From the NCBI GenBank assembly GCA_008632985.1, contig QPGO01000097.1, positions 248,001 to 312,000 on the forward strand: 64,000 bases of DNA, in the 5' to 3' direction. Numbering within the stretch: position 1 is the first letter of the stretch; each line of letters starts with the position of its first letter. The DNA is from Psammoneis japonica. Its lineage: Eukaryota. Both the position numbers and the translations under genes were made by a program. Shown in pieces: positions 23,637-37,620 of this stretch. The notes beneath the pieces were generated by a model. The model did not search any database and had not been told where the DNA came from. It saw only the letters and a program-made list of their open reading frames with translations.

Positions 23637-26270
23637 TGAGCAAGTCAGTCACAGTGATTGAGGCGGACCCAAACAAAGACACTCAAAAGCAAGTTCTTGC
23701 TGTGCTCTAACTGTTTCTCTTTCAATCATTGTCCCTGTTCTAAAAACATGTTTTGCATTGTGCTCCATCATCAGATGGATGACGAGAAACAAGAGGTTGT
23801 TGATGTGCCCGCTCGGATGTCATCAGATCAAAAATTAGATTGGGTGCAAACGTGCTCTGCCATTGTGGATGGTGATAGATGGTCCATGTCTCTCTTCACA
23901 CTTTGCATGGATGGAGTCATTCAAAAGCATTTGTGGCAACATTGAACGTGAGCAGAACATGCTGCGTGATGATGCATGCAAACATCCTTTTGTGACCACC
24001 AACTCTTGTTGTGCCATTGTCTCTTTTGTGGCTGTGCTCATTTGTCACTTGTTTTGTCTCATTCTGATTTCTGCAGCTGCCGTCATGGCATCATTCTCTG
24101 GGTGGCCAAACAAGTTGATTGCTCTTGCTGTTTGTGATTGCCAGCAGACAGTCAGAGAGTGGAAAGGCCAGGAGCTCAAAATGAAGACATGGCGATTCAA
24201 TGCAATGAAGAACGTTTCTTTTCTCAAGATTTCTAGATGCGGCGTCTCTGCTGCAGAACAGCTCTCACTTTTTGGTGAAAGAAAGAGCACCTTCGTGAAA
24301 CAATGACAGTTGCAAATTCAAATGGCAGCCTGCCAGCATCATTTCTTCCCTTGCCGCTGTTTCTGGAACATGCAGCAATGAGCAGCAGTTGAGTCGCTCT
24401 GTCCCACTCTTCTTCCACAGCTGGTGGCATTCTAGCCCAAAATCATCTGCAAGAGTGGCTGGTGGCATTTGACCCATGATGAAAATGTGCAGCACAACTC
24501 ATGACTCTCACAAATGCATCATTGCCACCAGCACTCTTGGATGTTGCGGGGGCTCCATTTGCATGAGTGCATGTGACATTCAACCTTCAAAAACAAATGG
24601 ATCACACAAGATTCATTGAAAATGCAAAAAACAGGTCTCACAATTCACACGGCTGCTGTGGCATCACAAGGCAGCTTTGCAAGCATCGGAGCTTGTGGCA
24701 GGCATTTCAGAGCTCATGAGCACTTGGTGCTGAGCAAACTGAAAACAGCTGGAACAAGCAACACAAGTGGCAAACCACAACAACTGACAAACACCAAACA
24801 TGCCCCCTTTCTTGCGACCAACAAGCATGAGAGCAAAAGAAGATGGGAGAGAAATTTTCCAACAGAGGCTCTATTGCAATCCAAGAAAGAAGGCTTGCCA
24901 TGTGGAAAGACATTTCCCTGAAGCTGTCAATCTTGTTCAATTTGTGTCAAATGATTTTCTGCTCCAAGTGAACATCCTTGTTGTTGGGAATGCAACTTGC
25001 TGCTGCTGGCCATCACACATTGCCTTGCAGTCAACAACACATTGCTGCAGCTGCGGCGCAGAGCTCTCAACACAGAGAGCTGCAGCACTTTCTGGGTTTG
25101 GCCCTTGCATTCGTTGGTGCACTGGGGTTCTGCAATTTGCCAGGCATGGCTGACAAGGAAGCCAGCGGTTCAAGAGTGGTGAACCCAATGTGTTGTGTGA
25201 CTGTGGCAATGCTGCTCTCACAAGAACTGTTGGCCCAGCAGGAGAGAAACTGGCCCAATGGACAAGTTGACAAACTTGAGGAGAGCATTTTCAGTGTTTT
25301 TCATCTGTTTGTGGGTTTTGGAATGTGCTGCAGATGAGCGATGAATGTCAGCATCAAAGTGGAAAACCAGAGCACCTGGTGGTCTTGTTGCCCTTGCAAG
25401 TCTCACAACAGCACTGCTTGGAGTTGTAAGATGCTCAATCAAGTGGAAGAGGAAACATGAATGAAGTTGAGGAGGCTGTCTGCGCAAGCTTCATCAAACC
25501 ATTGGCTGTGGGGCAGCAGAGTGGCTGCTGCAATTCATTCTGTTCTTGCCATCAATGTTGTTGCACATCCATTCTGGAGCTGGCAAAGGTTCTTCACTTC
25601 TTGCAGAGTTCATGCAAGAAGACGCCAGAGAAAACAGCTCTGCAGAGTGAAAGGAAGCATGGCTGTGACATCTGTCAGTGAAGGGGTCACAAGTCACAAG
25701 TGGTCGAGTGTGTTGTCCCTTTTGGACCAAAGTGATTTCAGCTTTGTAGATGGATTCAAAAGCTGTCCAAAAAGATGAAATTGACTGTGTTGGAGTTGCG
25801 CCCTCAGATTGCAAAAAACAAAAGCATGAAAAAGAGGAGAGGAGCACCCCAATGCAGCAGCAAAATGAGGAGCCAGGTTCTTGTGACACCATGTCGACAA
25901 TGACAACTCACACATGCGTTTGCTTTGTGAACATTCCAGACAGCAGAGTTTGCATCCAAAAATTTCCCACTCCTTGCAGCCACTGCTTGTGCACAACCCC
26001 ACTCTCTGTCTGCAGACAGTGTTGGCACAATGTGAGCAGACGATGGAGAGAAAGACTCTGCAGCTGAAAGGAGCCTCTGTCCCTCTCCCTCTCTCAGAAG
26101 AGAGGCCTCATCTAGAGAGTCTCCAGCTGTTGGCAGTGGCTCGATTAGAGAGAGAGGGTAGGAGAGAGCAGCTCTCTTATTTACTTGGTGCCACCGCAGC
26201 CACTGCCAGCTGCTCTCCAGCAGCTGTAGCAAGGTGGCAGAGCTGCAAACAATAGTTGTTGTTAGTTTGG
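23637..26270. repeat. Decayed repeat/TE relic, depleted of TpA and CpG; continues the 16380-16525 segment split by the Copia insertion
   Basis: Near absence of TA and CG, excess of TG/CA, and only spurious C/H/Q-rich ORFs. Boundaries are approximate. Confidence 0.7.
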
Positions 26271-26440
26271 CAAGCCATTGGGTGTGTGGTGAGAGATACG
26301 ATCTCGAAAGAAGCATGCCGAACCCGCAGACGAGAAGTGCCTGCCAAGGGTAAGCACAATGATCTCACTGCTGTTCGACCATCGATCAACGTTGACACAA
26401 CTAACGCCGACTCCTACTCATACCAACACATTTAAGCATC

Positions 26441-27959
26441 ATGTCTGCTGGTCCCTCTGGTGCAGCTTCTGGTGGTCAACTGGAAGAGAGAGTGGATCTG
26501 AGCTCCGAATGCGACGCAAAGATTGAGCAAGCGCGGGCCTTACTCGGATCGAATCAACTTCGCGAGGCATTGGCGTTGCTAGCCGCGCTGGAGAAGCGAT
26601 GTCGAGTCGGAAATGACAATCCTTCTCTTGTAAAAACGTGCGAGGAATCCTTGCAGCTCTGTAAGGACGCGGGCGACGATGAGGCGATAATTGCAACGCT
26701 GCAGACTTTGTCGACTCGCCGGTCGCAGAAAACTACGGCTGTTCGAGCTCTTGTGAACAAAGCTCTTCCCTGGTGCGTTGATGGGATCAAACCCATTGCT
26801 GCTACCGGACAGCAGCAAGAAGCAAGAGACAAGCTTGTAGTAACGCTCCGCGATATTACGGATGGAAAGATTTTCCTAGAAGCGGAGCGAGCTAGATTGA
26901 CGCGGGCTTTGGCGACGATCAAGGTGCGTACTGCGCACTGCTGCATGAGGAATTCAGCTAACTATTGACTGGATGCTTATTTTTTGCTTTTTCCCCTTAA
27001 TGTAGGAGGAGGAAGGTGATGTGGCAGGTGCTGCTGACGTTTTGCAGGAAGTGCATGTGGAAACTTACGGCTCGTTGTCGAAGAGAGAAAAGATCGAGTT
27101 CATCCTCGAGCAGATGCGCCTTACTCTCGCAAAGAAGGATTACGTTCGGGCTGCAATTGTTGCTGGAAAAGTTTCTCGAAAGAATCTAGCAGAAGAAAGT
27201 ATGGAAGAGTACAAGGTTACTTTTTTTACACTAATGGCGCAGTACCATCGACACGATATGGACGCCTTGGAACTCGCCAAGGATTACCATGCGATTTACT
27301 CCACTCCTTACGTTCTCAAGGACGAAGACAAGTGGAAGCCCGCGTTACAAAGCACCGTCATGTTTTTGGCTCTCAGTCCTTATGGTATGGAACAGCAGGA
27401 TATGCTCAATCGGATCAATGTGGATGCTAACCTGGAGAAGCTTCCGTCTTGCCAGTAAGTTGGACTGTTACCATTCGTTTTCGTCTCTGGCTTTCGATTC
27501 ACACGTTGCACCATTCTTTACCTTCCCAGAGCCACAATCAAATTGCTCCTAACCAAAGAGATTGTTCACTACCCTCTTCCGCATCAAAATGAAATTGAAT
27601 CGTGGGATGCCTTCCTCGAGGGCGGGGAAGAACTGACCAAGCACTGGCACGACACGTTTCACCGACGCATTGTTCAACACAATATTCGTGTAGCATCCCT
27701 CTATTACAAACGTATTCATGGTGCTCGATTGGCTCAACTTTTGGGACTGGACTCTACGAGATTGGAACAGGAGATATCTGGCATGGTGAGCGACGGGAGT
27801 GTCTACGCCAAAATCGATCGCCCAAAGGACATTGTGCGATTTGCTTCAACCAAATCACCCGAGGCCGTTTTGACTGACTGGGCCGCCGACATTGATAAGC
27901 TTTTGGATTTGGTAGAATCTACGGTTCATGTTATTCACAAGGAAAACATGACTCAATAA
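26441..27959 (+). CDS. RPN5: 26S proteasome regulatory subunit Rpn5/PSMD12; exons 26441-26923, 27006-27454, 27530-27959
   Basis: LEKRCRVGND, ITDGKIFLEAERARLTR, VHVETYGS, RIVQHNIRV, VYAKIDRP (PCI domain). Confidence 0.95.
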
Positions 27960-28259
27960 GCAACATCTTCGCCGCACGACAATACTGTACAGTAGGATGA
28001 TCGTTGCAATTGAGATTGGATGTGCGAGCTGTGTCTGGGAAGGGTGAAGGGATTGAGACTCAAGAATTCATGCGTAATACCGAGATTTTTTTCTTTTCAG
28101 TTAACTAGTTCATCACGAGATTGCTTGCCTGCATGATTGACTTCAGAATCCACGCCTTCCAGGGAGCATCGTGATGGAAAAAGTATTCTCATAATCATTC
28201 CAATCACCGACAACTCATGTACACGCAAGACATCACATCTGCCGTTCTAATCACCCCAT

Positions 28260-28475
28260 TTATGTCTTTGCTGGAGAATTTTCGTTTGGTTTCGAAGGAT
28301 CGGATTCCATGGTGTCTTGTTTCTCCGACGCCTTCAGCTGCTCCTTCAATTGCTGCGAAAACCTTTCGTCATATGGTGTACTTCTTTTAACAGACTGTCC
28401 ATGCATGCCTCTCGGTGTGGCGTTGGGCCTTTCGAGGGACTCGTCGTGCTTCTGATCGTATGGAACGTCGCTCAT
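28260..28475 (-). CDS. Small hypothetical hydrophilic protein (71 aa)
   Basis: ATG in ACCATG context and normal dinucleotide composition, but no recognisable motif. Confidence 0.35.
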   Translation of the reverse strand: MSDVPYDQKHDESLERPNATPRGMHGQSVKRSTPYDERFSQQLKEQLKASEKQDTMESDPSKPNENSPAKT

Positions 28476-28498
28476 GGTCAAAATGGCAAAACGGGGTG

Positions 28499-28522
28499 AC
28501 ACACACACACACACACACACAC
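28499..28522. repeat. (AC)12 microsatellite
   Basis: Read directly from the sequence. Confidence 0.9.
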
Positions 28523-29407
28523 GTCGCGAAGTCGAACGCCATCGAGCATCGAGGACCCGGACGTCGTACCGGTACGGTATGTTCTGGAGATGCGCGTTCC
28601 GCTAAAAAGAAATTTTCAACGTGGTCGAACTTTGTCCGTCATTTGAGAGACATGCTGCATTGGAGTGCATGGATCACTGTCATGACCATGCATGCGCGAC
28701 GATGTTTGGCTCAGTGACTGCAGATGGGGTCACAGCTGGTCAAACGCCAGTTTGTGAGAATCTGTGGGGCTCTGGAAGTTGGCAGCTGTAGAGAGTTTGT
28801 CGCTGGCGCAAGAAGATGAGCCCTCCAAAACCCTCTGTGGGGGTCGCCAGCAATGCCCCAAGGAGCCTGCCCATCTTTGCCAAACACCCCATTGACAACC
28901 CTCCAACAGGATGAGTGCTTTGGCTGTCCATCTGAAGCAAGTGGGGTCAATGCATTGGGCCCTGCATGGCTCCGTTGCGTTTTCCTGCAAATGCAAGGAG
29001 TGCCAACCCAGGCACAATTTGACCAACCTCCATTGTTTCAATGGAACACTGTGTGATTCCCGCAGCACCTGCAACAACCCTGTGCAAGCTGAAGCACCAG
29101 TGCAAAGTTCCTGAATTCACCTTTGTTTGTCCTCCACAAAAAATGCAGATTGCTTCCCCAGCTCTCCAACTTCTGCCTCCACCTGCCGGTCTTGCATGTG
29201 CACCCTCTTTTCAGTGAAACTGAATTCTGTGGAATTTTCATCTGCTCTTTTTCTCCCACATTGCTCCAGCTCAACTTGGTGGCAACTGAGATTTCAACTT
29301 GTGTCTCTCAAGATGTGCGTGCTTCTTTCTTCCTGCAGTGCAATTTTTGTTGTTGAAACAGCTTCTGTTGCCTCTTCAACATCCACCACAACAAACAAAT
29401 TTGGGGT

Positions 29408-29595
29408 GCAGCCAGTGGTTGTTCTGAGTTGGTGAAGCCTGCTGATGACTCTGCTGCCAGGGCTCATCTCGTGGCTCTCACACATTGGTCAGTTGGTCGG
29501 GCAGCCCAGTGGTTGTTCTGAGTTGGTGGAGTTTGCTGATGACGACTCTGCTGCCAGGGCTCATCCATGGCCCTCACATTGGTCAGTTGGTCGGG
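29408..29595. repeat. ~94-bp tandem duplication; a shorter motif GCTGCCAGGGTTCATCCCATGG recurs to ~29955
   Basis: The unit CCAGTGGTTGTTCTGAGTTGGTG...CACATTGGTCAGTTGGTCGGG occurs twice. Confidence 0.8.
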
Positions 29596-32500
29596 GGTGC
29601 AGGTCTCTTGGTGTGGACAACAGTCACATGGCTGCCAGGGTTCATCCCATCACCTCCATTTTTGTCAGGGGTGCAGCGAGCAGTTGTTTGGAGTGCAAGA
29701 GCACACTGATGATGCCGCCAGGATTCATCCCATGGCCCCTGGGTCAGGGGTGCAGCTGACTTGTCACAGCTTCCCTTGACTTGTGTTGTCATTGATCATT
29801 CCCACTGCCCCAATTGTTGCGTGGGTGCAATGGTCAGATCCTCTGACATTGTTGGATTTGAAGCTCCCAGAGATTGTGCTGCCAGGTTTCATCCCATGGC
29901 CCTCACCTTTGGCAAGGGTGTGCACAGCTGATGCCACTGCCAGGGTTCATCCAGTGCCCCCACGCAGTTGAACATGGATTTTGTTGGAGAAGGTGCACTG
30001 AGTGGAACCTTGTGTTTGGCAAGCTGCCCCACTGTTGCTTCCCAGTGTTCCAACTTGGTCCCTTGCACCTTGGGGGATGCATTCTGTGCTGCCTTTCTAG
30101 CTTGACTGTCCAACATTCCAACCACAGTTTTCAGTGCATCTGGTCTGACAATGTCTTTGCCACTCCCTTCCACTGTTTTTTGTCAGCTCTGAGTCAAGCT
30201 CCACTTCCTGGGCATCATCTGATTTTTGTCTGTGTCAGACCATTCTTCTGCTTCTTCTGCTTCCAAATCTCTCCCTGATGGCAGCACAAGTCAACAAGTG
30301 GTTGCTGGTCCCAGTCTGCCTCTGTCTTCCACACCAGCTCCTTTTGTCATTTTTCCATGACTCATGCCTCCATTTTGATTCAGTGCCCAGCAAATGGGGA
30401 GGACTTGAGAATGTTGAATGTTGGCATGGTGTGCAAAGAAGATTCCTGCTGGAAGATGAGTGCATCAAAATCATGCAATGTTGGGAAAGCCAGCCAGGAG
30501 TGATGGCCACACATCAGCTGTGCTCACTTTGCATTGCCTGGTCTTGATTCCATCCTTGATCATTTGATTTCAAGGCTCTTTCCAAGAAAAATGGAGAGCT
30601 GCTTGCCAAAGATCTGGTTCAGCCAGACAGCTCTTCACATGACTTGTCATTGTCCAAGTTTGCTTCTTCCTCATCTGTTGCCAAGCATCAATTGCTGGGC
30701 ATGCACAAGGACTGTGGCAGCACTTTGAGTCCATGTGCCAGACGGAAACATTCTTGCAATGGCACCAGCAGTCATGCATGCAAAGCGAAAGATCCCATTG
30801 ATCTGCCAGCCTTTGTTGGTTGCTCAAACCACATCAAACAAGATCAAAATCTTTGTTGGTTGTCGGACAAAGAATTTCTGTTCAATCACAATGACCCCAA
30901 CGACATTGACACCAACAAAGCAATGAGATGCACCCTGGATGCTGCATGCTGTCTGTTCATCTTGCCAACACAAGCATTGCTCATCCATTGGGAAGCCATT
31001 TTGACAAGCAAAGCAGCTCAAAGAAAACCAAAAAGCAGTTGTGTCACCATCTCGGGCTGCCTTTGGCGGTGCTTGCAATCCACAATGCACTGCAGCCATG
31101 GGTTCCATGCATCAAGAGCATGATGAACAGATTGTGGAGGAGAACATTCATTCACCACAAGTCAACATGGTCTGGGAGGTTTGCACTCTTTGCCCAAGTC
31201 TTGTTAAACCGCCGGCACATGGGTCACTTCAGAAGTGGTGGTGCTTTGGCAGACAAGTGCATCCCCAATTTTTAAGTCATCAAGATGAAGTGCAATCTTG
31301 ATCCTCATGGTCATTTGCCATCCTCTGTCAATGTCATTGATGAGTTGACAAAATTTGCCAGTGCTCCCTTTTGTCCCTTGGTGCTGTGTCTTTGTTGCAT
31401 CCTTGGGCACTCGTGTCTCCCCAGCCTTGTTGTTTGTTTCCTCATGCACAGTGGTTGTGGAGCAACAGAAATTGAAACCCACTCACCTCGTGGAGTTCCA
31501 TGTTGGCTGCTTGGTTGCACGCACCGTCAGGGAGATCAACCACAAGCTTCAACAAAAGAGAAGAGGAATTTTCCTCCACCACAATGATGCTCACATCATC
31601 ATCCACTGTTCCTTGCAACCAGCAAAGTGTGGCACAAAGAGCACTCCTCAATTTCTGATGTGATTCTGTCAGCACAAGATGCAAAGGAAGTGGGACATTC
31701 CCACCACTTGCAAGTTGCAAATGGGACAGTGCCATGCCGTGTGTTTCACCGTTGCCCCTTTCATTCTGAGCTTCAAAGATCTTGGCATCAACGATCTAAT
31801 GGGATTGATGGTGACCATTGGATTTGCACTTTTCCATTTCATCAACCTCGCCCATGCCAACAAAAACAGCAAGGCAATGAAACAGTGGACACTTGACCGA
31901 CAAAAGTGTTCTGGATGAAATGGTGGAGACCATCACAAAGAACCTTTGTGCTGCCTTTGCAAATCTCTATGGAGAAGTCATTGCTTGCCATGGAGGGGGA
32001 AACTGAATTTGTGAAGCCTTTTGCAGTGCAAAATCCAGTGCTTCCAATGGCAACAAATTCTTTGAGTTGCATCAGCCAGAATCTTTTTGTTGCCAAAGAA
32101 TTGTTTGTTCATGTCATTGTGACCTGTGCAAGTCACAAAGGAAAGCATCATGCTGCTGAGGTGAAAGGCAGCCCACATCAGAAACTTCCTTGCAGGGGAG
32201 ATTGTGCACCCATGGCAGACTTGAAAAAAATTGTGCACCTGAAGAACATCATGGTGCTGGTCATGTTGGCAACTTCAGTGATCAGCTCCTCAACAAGCTT
32301 CTGAGTTCCTGCAGAGGAACAACGTTCCAGTTTATCCCCACCCCAGATTTTGAGGGATGTGCTTATAGAGGGGCACACCATTGGGTCCAAACCCCATCAA
32401 CTTCAAAAGGAAAGGAACCACATCAGGTGGACAGAGATGCAGAGGGGTGACTTGTTGTGAAGGAAGGCAAAGGCTCCTGACAAGGATGACTTGCACAAGT

Positions 32501-34559
32501 TTGGAAGGTGCCTCTCCAACACACAGCTGACAATGTGGAAGGAAACATTGTGACAAACCACAGAAGGCAGAGGTGTGCTGTCTGAAGTGGAATGAATTGG
32601 GGGCAGCTTTGCCACCTTGAGTCAGATGAACCACAGCCCCATGCATTGAAAAAGTGTGTGGTGTTGTGATGTGTGGCAGGAAGGCAGAATCATGAGCAAA
32701 TGAGTGACAGACCATCATGTTTGAATTGACAAGTCTGCATCAGTGGTGATGAATTAGACCAGCAGTCACAGTGCACACCAGGAACAAGGGTGCACAAGAT
32801 GGCAGGATCCATCACAAGGCTGCCAGGCACATGTCTGCACACAAATGCAGCAGCACATGGCACTGTGATTGCAGTGCATCCCATGGACAAAAATCTTGCT
32901 TCTCTGGAAACCAGCAAAACACACAACTGCACCATGCTGTGGTCAGAAATGATCAGACAAGTGAGTGGACTGCACCAAAGCCTGACAAGACAAAAGAAGC
33001 CCAAGCAACACAGTGCAAACTGCTCAGACAACTTACATTGAACTCATCAGATGATGAAATGAGCAGGTGCAACAGGGAGCAGTGCAAACAGACATGCTGG
33101 TGTTGAGACAGTGGTGCAGAAATCAAATGAGGGGTTGTTTGTGACCAGTGGGGCTCTCACCACCTCCACTTCAGATGAAGGGGAAGATGCAACAAGGGAC
33201 AAATGAAAAAAGACAACACAACAACAAAAGAGCAACAGGGACAGAATTGGTTTGGAGAGCTGCTGCAACAAGAACACACTTCTCTGTGAGCACAAGTTTC
33301 TGCTGAATGAAAAGGCCATGAGACACCATGATGGCAGGGCAGCAATGATTTTTCATCTGAACTCAACATGCCACAAGTCAACAGGGTGCAGATGTGGGAC
33401 ATGTCAAAGAAGGACAAGGTGCAAAGACATGCAACAAGAAAAAGGAACAATGCCTGTGGTGGAGAACTCAAAAAGGAGCTTTTCCACAATTGTCATTGTG
33501 AGGGCAATGGCAGAGCATTGACAACAAACATGTGTTGTGGCTCACAAACAACAAGATCAGCTGGATCATGCAAGGAACAGATGTTGTTCTTCTTGGGAGG
33601 ACATGCTGGAGGGTGGGAATGACACAAAGGCACACAACCACTGCACGTGACACTTCCCACCCATTGTTGTTGGGAAGACCATGTGGAAGCATTGGCTTCA
33701 ATCAAGATGTTGCTTGAACAAGCTGGCATCATCAAGCAATGAGGCACTTGGTCTGTTGGTGTTAGAAAACAATTGGAGTGAGTGGGTGTGCGTGCATGGA
33801 AAATCTGGGGAAGAGCTCAAGGACAAGAGACTTGTTCCTGCCATGAAGCACAGCACTGGGAAAGGAAAACAAGCAAGAAGAAACCAAGGTTGAAACAAAC
33901 AAGGACTTGACAGGCCAAGAATTTTGGGGAAGGAGATGTGCAAGAAGAGATTGAGCAAGGATGCAGAGCAATGTGATGAAATGAGATCCCAGGAATTCTG
34001 GAAATGCATCAATGGCACAGAAGCCATGACGGAGAAGATGGGCAATGAGATTGCAACAAAGGACAATGACGACATCAATGAAGAGGAGTTGTGTTTGTGG
34101 AAGGCTTGCAAATGGCAGTGCAGTTGTCATTTGGTGACAATCTACAATGAAAGGCAAATGAAAGGTGAGACAAGAAACAGCCGGTTGATGATGCCGAAGG
34201 AAATCAAGCAGCAAAAGCATGCACCAAAAAGATGAAACAAGAGCAAACACTGTAAAATGGGGTTTTACATCAAAATTGTTTGTGTGGTGTGACAACCAGA
34301 AATGACAAGCACAGCTGTGCTGTGAACAATGACATGGCCATGTGAACAATTTGGCGTGCTGATGTGGCAAGCCCAAACTGAAATGAGCCAGGATCCACAT
34401 TGCAATGCAGGTCAAACTCATGTGGAAAATTGTGAAAAATTCAGGTTTGACATGCATGATTTGATTGAGCCCAAGCCGAATTGTTCTTCCCTCTGATGCC
34501 CCCCCCCCCCCAGCATCATTTGTGAGTGTGCCCATTCTTGTGCCCATCTGTTGCTTTCC

Positions 34560-35720
34560 ACAAGAACATTCTTGGCTGGTCAAGAGCACTCCTGGCCAGT
34601 CAAAAATCAAGAGCCAGCTGGTCATTTCTTGAACATCAAGTGATTTTGGGAGATTCTGGAAGTTGGTGATTGTCACAGGAAAGTTTGTCACTGGCGCAAG
34701 CCACTCAAAAAGAAATGCCTCCCAAAGCCATTTGTGAGGGTTGCCAGGCATGTCCCAAAAAGCTTGAGAATCTTTGCCAAACACCCTCTGCTGACATCAA
34801 TTGCATCAAAGTGTGTGCTTTGACTGAACCTCATGTTTCAAGCAGTTTGGCAACTTTGTGTGCACTGCATTTTGTTGTCAACTGCTGCTCTGAAGAGGGC
34901 ACAGGGAAGTGCTGGCCACAGCTCTGTGCACACTCTCTGTGGGGGACATCATGGCCCACTGCAGTGCAGCTGCACCATGTGGCACAGCAGCTCTGGCAAA
35001 GTTGTTGTTGTTGTTGTTGTTGTTGCCCATCTGTTGCTTCTCACAAGAACATTCCTGAAAGGCTCTTGTGACCAGTCAAAAATGAAGGGTGGTCAAGAAC
35101 ATTCTTAGCCAGTCCAGTGCTCTTGACTGGCTGGCCAAGAATGTTCTTGACTGCTCAAAGAGAATTCAGATTTTTGGAAGTTGGTGATTGTGCAGAGTTT
35201 GTTGCCAATGCAAGGCACTCAACAAGTCTCTCAAATTCCTTTGTGGGGATCACCGGCAATGCCCCAAGAAGCATTGGCGCATCTTTGCCAAACACGACCC
35301 TGCTGCTGACAACCCCCCAACAAGATGTGTGCTTTGACTGAGCCTCATTCCAGCCAGTCTTGCAGGCTTGCACATGCTGCACTTCAGTGTCAACTGCTCC
35401 AAAGGCAATGCTGACTGCAGCTCCATGCCTGTTCTCCAAAGGAGACATGACCCACCACACATTGTGCGCAACTTCACCTTGTGGCACAGCAGCTCTTGCA
35501 ATGTTGTTGTCACTGTAAAGCTGGGCAGGAGTTTGTAAAGCTGGACAGGAGTTGTGTCTTTTTGGCTTGTTGCTTCTGTGCTGCCTTTGAGGCATCCAAG
35601 AATGCACTGTGTGTCAGCATGCATGCATCTTTTTTTGGGCCTGTCTGTTGTTTCACACAAGAACATTCTTGGCCATTCTTGACTTTTGACTGGTTGGTTA
35701 AGAACATTTTTGACCATCAA
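34560..35720. repeat. Diverged ~500-600-bp tandem units with palindromic subrepeats; a related copy lies at ~28770-28930
   Basis: CACAAGAACATTC at ~34560, ~35042 and ~35657. TGGAAGTTGG...ATCTTTGCCAAACAC...GTGCTTTG at ~28773, ~34657 and ~35175. Confidence 0.75.
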
Positions 35721-36949
35721 GAGAGTCAATTGCTCCACAACTGTCAAACTTTGATGCTGCCATTTCAATGCCAGTGCACAATTTGTGCAAAAACATGGTT
35801 GAAAAGGTTGACAATCAACCAGTCTTTGAAGCACAGCTGAGCATGCAAGTGATGTCCATGCAAGGGCAGTTTTCCCAGTTTTTCTTGTCAAAGAATGAAG
35901 ACAGAACACCACTCCTTTTGTGGGAGCTTTTCACACAATTGAGAGCACAGACACACTTTCAAAATGCCTCCCAAGTGCATTTGAAAACAACAGTGTGAAA
36001 AAAAGCCTCCTGCTGAAGATTTCTCTTTTGTTGTCCACATTCTCCAAGCATCAAGGATGATGGTCATTGTCACTTCAAAACAAACAGATCTGAGGAGAGA
36101 AGCAACAAAAAATTGTGGGGAAAATCCACTCAGATTTGCTGGCACAAAATGCACAGTGACAGAAAAAGAGCAAACATGTGGCACACCTGACCTCAGACCT
36201 CAGCACATGTGTTTCTCACCCAGGTCAATCTGCATGTCCAAGGAAAGCAACAAGAGAAAAAACAGAGCAGTCAGGTGGACAAAGAACAAGAGGACCATTT
36301 ACAAACACATTGTTGCCCCTTGCTTCACCATGCTTTGCTTTGGCAACAGCTTGCACTTTTTCTTCTTCATCTGCAGTCCCAGCCATCCTTGACATGTCAA
36401 TGTTCTCATCTCAGTGGCCTCTTTGGATGATGATGCTGAACCCCCCAGCATGAGGAAAACTTGGCATGTGCTTGCCATCGAGTTCAGGAACTTTTTCTTG
36501 CTGCCTTGCTTGAGTCAATGGAGGTCACTGAAACCCATGCAGAGCATCTGTGTTGGGATTTCATCGCTTGCTGACTCCTGGCACATGCTCAGTCTTGCCA
36601 ATGTCCCTTGAACTCACTGCACAGATTTTGCAAACACATTTCCACTGCTGTTGTTGTCATGTTGAACAGGTGCAGAAGCTAAAAAGTGAGCACAAGACTT
36701 TCAATTCAACAGGATTTGCAAACACAAATTCACCACATCATCAACAACCATCAGCGCATCATTTGCTGCAATGTTGTCTGTGTCTGTCCTGCACAAACCA
36801 CCTCATTGCACCCCAATGTTCCAACACACTCCTTTGCATGAGCTGTCAATTGATTGGGCCTTGTGCACAATGGCCACAGGAGGAGGATGCTTGGAAACCA
36901 TGCCATCCAATGCCACTTTGACCACTCTGCAATTCCCATGGCTTGTGTC

Positions 36950-37620
36950 ACCCAACTTTGCCAACAAGTGATCATCATTGTTGAGCACAGGACAGTCCTT
37001 TTCACATGCCCAATCTTGTTGCATTTCCAGCATTGATCTGCTTCTTCTCATTTTGCACAAAGCTTGTGCCCTCAGGTTTCATGTTGCACCCACATGTGTC
37101 TGACAGCTGCAGCAGTGCCTCCTTGGCCAAATCAGGACAATTGTCAATCCCCAGTGTGAGCTGCATGTGCAGGTTTTCAAGACATGCCAACATTCCTTGG
37201 CTCTTTCCATTGGCAGTGCCACTGACAACTTGTTTCCTTTCTTTCTTCTGGGTGTCGCCAGCATCCTTGCTGCACCCATCTTTTTTCTTGGCAATTTCTT
37301 CCAGGATGAGTCTGCTGCAGGACCCTTCCACCATCTCAACAATGCTTGTGAACCAACTGCAACAATCTTGAAGCACCTCTCCTCATCTTGATGAATGAGC
37401 ACCAACTGCTTCAAAGCTTTGGCAGCCTGGACATGCGAGCATTTGTGTTGAACAAGATTGCTGACTTGAGTTCTTTCAATGGTGCCACCATGTCCCACTC
37501 CTTTGCAACCTTCTCAAACTCTGTCACTTGCTCAACCTTGCGAAGGATGGCTTTCATGCAATGCCCCATCATCACACCAAGCTGCCCTTTGCTTCTGCAT
37601 CTCACAGATCCTCTCCTGCT
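36950..37620 (-). pseudogene. Remnant of a diatom Copia-type gag
   Basis: KGQLGVMMGHC...KVEQVTEFEKV, FTSIVEMVEGS and LENLHMQLTLGIDNCPDLAKEALLQL resemble, from my recollection of the family, CoDi gag motifs (LG.DNYP) with Y changed to C. Confidence 0.55.

Noticed and set aside
26131..26208. 11-bp inverted repeat and GA/TC-rich tracts at the island edge
   Set aside because: Short and low-complexity, with no matching terminus or TSD to define an element.
23658..26316. Many 60-170 aa ORFs on both strands
   Set aside because: Explained by loss of TAA/TAG. They are C/H-rich and Tyr-poor with no recognisable domain.
29408..29960. Possible CRISPR-like repeat array
   Set aside because: Units are degenerate with irregular spacing, the context is eukaryotic, and no cas genes are present.
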